A program made the position numbers and the translations under genes. Shown here piece after piece: positions 59,767 through 64,000 of a stretch of DNA of 64,000 bases (positions are counted from its first letter, which is position 1; each line of letters starts with the position of its first letter). Source of the DNA: Mayamaea pseudoterrestris (Eukaryota); the NCBI GenBank assembly GCA_027923505.1, contig BROI01000010.1:682001-746000 (forward strand), written 5' to 3'. The notes under the pieces were generated by a model. That model did no database searches and had not been told where the DNA came from. It worked only from the letters and a program-made list of their open reading frames with translations.

Positions 59767-60905
59767 TGAGAAGTTTCTGGCGCAAAGTAATTTTCTTTTC
59801 TATATATGCTTCTTTGCAGTACAACATAGAAATCGAATCATTGCTTCTTCTTCCGACATCACGCTCACTAGCATCCAAACCTAATCCTGAACAATTTTCA
59901 TGTCTAACCGAGCGCCTGCGACAGCGGCCATACTCGAATCAATTAATTTTACATGCACGGCCGGCTCACTATTGGGAAGGAGACGACATTCGATGGTCAC
60001 GCAAGCTTACGAGACGTCTACGACAAATTGTCTTCTTCTCAGGCAAGAATTCTCCAACTCGAACAACTTTGATTGCATTGCATTCATTCATCTTTATTTA
60101 TCAAGTCTTTGTATCAGTCAACTACTTTCGAATCAAGTTTCCAAAATACTGGCCCAGTGGCGCACTAGAAATCATTTTTGATGCAATTCTAGGATCAGCA
60201 CGACCCGGTCCGCTTACGCTCGACTTTGGCTTGGAACCCGATGGACTTGCTAAGTACGTCCAGCCGCATAGATACCTGACGTCAGGCTTCTTGCATGGAG
60301 GAATACTTCATTTGGTTGCCAACATTGATGCATTACAAGGTCTACCAGCATGGTTGGAGACGGGCATTGGCATTCCGCTTTATTTGACAACATTTCTACT
60401 TTCCATGGTGGCTGGAAATGTTGGCGCACATGTCATGAATTACGACACTGCATCCTCATTTTGTCTGGGCGCCAGTGGCGGTATTTCGGGGTTGTATGGT
60501 CTCTTGTTTGTGTCGCTGTCGCGCATGGGCAATCGCCAAGCACTGACGTGGGTAGGACGAGGCATGGGCATGCTGCTGCTCTATGGATTTTTGTTCAAGA
60601 GCGTTAACAATGCGGCACACGTTGTTGGTTTTATGTGCGGGGCAGTCATTGCCATCCTGTTTGGTCCGACATATCGAAAGAGTTACTCGCAGAGGCGAAA
60701 AGGCTCTGTGGCGGCGGATCCAGTGTCCAAAGATTATCGACTCGCCATGGGGTTTGGAACTTTGCCCAAGAGCGGATTAATACCACTGGCAGTTCTGTGG
60801 GTGATGGTACTGGGAAGTATGCTGTCTGTAGCACAATTGCGATCAATTCCTGCTATCATTTTACAAGGATTTCTACGGCCTGGGTCAATTTCTAGGGTGA
60901 TATAA
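59767..60905 (+). CDS. Rhomboid intramembrane serine protease
   Basis: YLTSGFLHGGILHLVAN, GASG, AAHVVG. Confidence 0.85.
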
Positions 60906-60992
60906 AATTTTGATTGTGTAAATATTGTCTCTAACCTTTGTAAAACATTGTTACCTCTAACACTAATGGGCGCAACTTATTTTAGTTTGCAG

Positions 60993-62317
60993 CTACTGGA
61001 AGGCGACATTCTTTGCCATTTCCGGCTTGTTGGCTCCACGCGAGCCTTGTCGAACACTCTCTCGCGACGCCAGTCGAGCGCGAATCTTTTCGGTCTGTCG
61101 GGGATCGCACCGACGCAATACCTCTAAAGTCACAGTGTCGCCTTCATTCTTCTCTTCAATTTCTGCCAGCAAGTCCTCAACTTGCTTGACTTCTTGTCCA
61201 TTGACGCGAACAATCAAGTCTCCAAGACGAACTGAACCATCCCTTTGCATCGTAGTTGGTTGTAGATCCGTGGCAGCTGCTGGAGAACTGGGTAGAATAT
61301 CCGCCACCAAGACGCCTTGCAGGTCTCTACGCATTTGTGCGCCAATTGACCGCGTCACACGGTCGTCCACCACGTTGATACCCAGTGTTGGTCGCTTGAC
61401 GCGTCCGTAGCGTATGATCTGATTGACAACTCGTCGAACCGTGTCGACAGGAATAGCGAAACCAATTCCGACATTGCCGCCACCCCCGGCGCTATAAATG
61501 GCAGTGTTGACTCCAATCAAGCGTCCACGTGAGTCCAGCAGCGGACCGCCTGAGTTTCCAGGATTAATAGCAGCATCTGTCTGTACGCAATTTTTAATTT
61601 TACGACCGCCAAAGCCTTGCACGTCGCGACCAGTTGCTGAAACAATCCCCTTGGTGAGCGTATTATCAAGACCAAATGGATTTCCGACGGCCAGAACCGA
61701 TTGACCCACTTGGAGGTCGTTGGAAGCCGACCCTTTGCCAAAACGGTGGATGCCTTATCCGAGTCCAGTATCTTCAGGACTGCCAGGTCCTTCTCTGGTT
61801 CGACACCAACGACGCGCGCCCGACAAGCTTCCGGCATGCCACTCAACTTGACTTTTACATTGTCCGCCACTCGTCCGTTAGGCGCAATCACATGACAGTT
61901 AGTAACAACATGGCCTTCAGAGTCCCATAGAAACCCAGATCCTGATCCCATCGGAAACTCGGTCGCCGGTAGACCAAATCCACGTGGCATTCCTCCTTGC
62001 TGATGCTGCTGGGTGAGAGTAATGAATGCGACGGATGGCGCAACCTGCTTGAAGGTTTGAATGGTCCAATCTTCGTCAGCCGAAAGCGGTTTTATCGCTG
62101 ACACCCCAAAGGGTGTACGGGATCGGAGTGAATGCGATTCATTGAGACGTGCAACAAGATCACTCTTCTCGAGGCAGTCGCGAAAGTCGACTCCTCGTTC
62201 CGAAAGCAATTGCTTGAGCTCAGTAACACTCAATGATGAAAGGCTGGATGAGGAAGCAAAAGCAACAACACTTTGTGCAAGAATCGTGATCTGCAGGACC
62301 AAGTAAACTACCTTCAT
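60993..62317 (-). CDS. Deg1/HtrA serine protease with PDZ domain; reading frame broken near 61720-61760
   Basis: [23 protein letters not shown] | [33 protein letters not shown]. Confidence 0.85.
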
Positions 62318-62452
62318 GGCTAACAGAAAAGACGCGAAGCAAGAATTGAACGAAACAAGTGTGAAGTGTGACACGATCATGCGTTTGGGCTGCGCGTTCG
62401 AAGCAAAATTGTGACGCAGTCGTACCGGTATAAGCGCGAACAATGCAACAAT

Positions 62453-62575
62453 TACTATTGCCAGTCACGAAGTGTCATTATATACTATTGCCTAGTCAAG
62501 ATTTCATGAAGTCAAATACCATTACTATTGCCTGTGAACGTTTTCAAAAGTAGTACAGTTGTACTTAGTATTGCC
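62453..62575. repeat. Four spaced TACTATTGCC-like direct repeats
   Basis: Copies at 62453, 62483, 62523 and 62566 (tagtattgcc). Confidence 0.7.
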
Positions 62576-62892
62576 TGGCAAGAACTTCTTTATTGGTGCG
62601 ACTTTTTCTGATAGCTTGAGCTTCCGCGTGATGTCTTGCACCATGGTCGTGGTGCCTCCACTTTCCATTCACTCGTCGATCATCATCATCCAGTTGCTAC
62701 AATACTTACAACATCAACCGTTTCCATAGTTACCAAAATTCGAATTGAAGTCGGCCCTTTGGCTGTCGAAGTAAAATTGAAATCTGTTTGTTGCGTCGCG
62801 GCAGAAGTTTACACACTATATTCTCTACTCATACTTGTACGATTGTTTTTCGGTGTACCATTTGGCAACAGTCTCTGCGCAGACTTTTCAAC

Positions 62893-64000
62893 ATGCCCAA
62901 ATTGGCGATCTTTCGAGCAACGAAAGAAGGTTTAGAGCAGGGCCTACGTGAGAAGGACCACTCCCAAACAACCACGGAAGCATATCTGTTCCGTTTCCAA
63001 GAGTACTCAACCGAGTGCTTGTGCCATGCATATGCAAGTGGCGCTGCTGTTCTTCGTGTGGACTCTACGGGCGCATTAAGTTCTTCTCTAACAGAAGATG
63101 TCGTATCACTCTGTTATTTGCAATGGACTGCACTCCGTGACTATAGCAGTACGAACAGATCCTGCAACGAGCAATCGCTAGTGCTCTCCGGTATGCTTCA
63201 CGTTGTCCGGACGATGCGAGTCATGCACCAAAGTAAACTTTCTTTGCATTGGACAACGTTGATGGACTGCTGTCGCGCTGCTAATGACTTCATTCGCATG
63301 GCTGATAAACTGGAAGTATTGTGGTGTAAGTTATGCGTTCAGCATCCATACCTTCAAGCACCATCGGCGCGGAAGCTCCTACAGGACACTGGCATTGACG
63401 CAGACACTGCCAATACAACACTTTTCGATGAATGGAATAATTTCATTTGCATCTTGTCGTGCGACGCAGTGGCGTGTGCCGAGCGAGCACAAGTGTTCAT
63501 GTTACGACACCTGGCCAATCAAACAACGATTGGAACCGATTTTTTCTCGTCGTCCTGGGAGAAAGACTTGACGGACAATCAAGTTATGATAAGATTGATT
63601 AAAGTCATTGATGCTTATTTGGCTGATTTGAAACACTTTCTTGCCAGTGAACACTTGTGGTGTAAGGCTTTGCTGACCACGTGCAAGGCGGTTGTGTGTC
63701 TATATGTGCGCTGCCTCGTGGAAAGGGCGGATGTTGTGACGGGACGTCGGCGCAACCACAACCGTCGGGCTGGAACTAAAAGCGACCGCAAACCGTTCTC
63801 TCACGCGGATCGTGCACTCCGACGCATGCGCGACGATGTTTCCATGCTGCGTGACTTTTTTCTCGTCGAGGCAAACGGCAATCCGGCATTGTCGCGAATA
63901 TTGTCCGATGAGTTACGCATATTGGAAGTGATTCATGAATGCTTGAATGCTGATGATGCCAGTTCTATTGAGTCATTTGTCGTTGTTATTCACAAGCGAA
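62893..64000 (+). CDS. Exocyst Sec6/EXOC3-like protein, 3'-truncated by the window edge
   Basis: Frame +1 is open from 62749 to the end: GALSSSLTEDVVSL, AANDFIRMADK, FFSSSWEKDLTDN, YVRCL, MRDDVSMLRDFF. Confidence 0.6.
   Translation, partial: MPKLAIFRATKEGLEQGLREKDHSQTTTEAYLFRFQEYSTECLCHAYASGAAVLRVDSTGALSSSLTEDVVSLCYLQWTALRDYSSTNRSCNEQSLVLSGMLHVVRTMRVMHQSKLSLHWTTLMDCCRAANDFIRMADKLEVLWCKLCVQHPYLQAPSARKLLQDTGIDADTANTTLFDEWNNFICILSCDAVACAERAQVFMLRHLANQTTIGTDFFSSSWEKDLTDNQVMIRLIKVIDAYLADLKHFLASEHLWCKALLTTCKAVVCLYVRCLVERADVVTGRRRNHNRRAGTKSDRKPFSHADRALRRMRDDVSMLRDFFLVEANGNPALSRILSDELRILEVIHECLNADDASSIESFVVVIHKR

Overview
Gene-dense eukaryotic nuclear DNA, most likely a diatom or another photosynthetic stramenopile. 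This is inferred from short 67-154 nt GT-AG introns, many signal-peptide + F-starting transit presequences, and very short convergent intergenic gaps. About 29 protein-coding genes can be modelled, including RACK1, a RAD51 paralog, DDX51, V-ATPase D, DHQ/shikimate dehydrogenase, ValRS, mitochondrial EF-G2, PEX3, CPSF30-like, fidgetin-like, a PDT-ADH fusion, a HECT E3, a patatin, a TAF10-like protein, a rhomboid, Deg1 and a Sec6-like gene. Highlights not visible in the ORF track: (1) a complete 1080-bp non-autonomous DNA transposon (19440-20519) with 15-bp perfect TIRs, a CTG target-site duplication and two arrays of 30-bp palindromic subterminal repeats, resembling PIF/Harbinger; (2) decayed pseudogenes of an RNase HI and an HDHD3-like hydrolase; (3) a nucleus-encoded Cox1 C-terminal fragment; (4) unusual domain fusions (dead SNF2 lobe + C2H2 + 2xAP2 + FHA-like; CPSF30 + YTH + DCD); (5) several intergenic repeat/palindrome arrays and a recurrent TACCGGTA motif; (6) a non-intronic frameshift in Deg1. 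No rRNA, tRNA or CRISPR array was seen. All assignments come from reading motifs by eye, without database searches.
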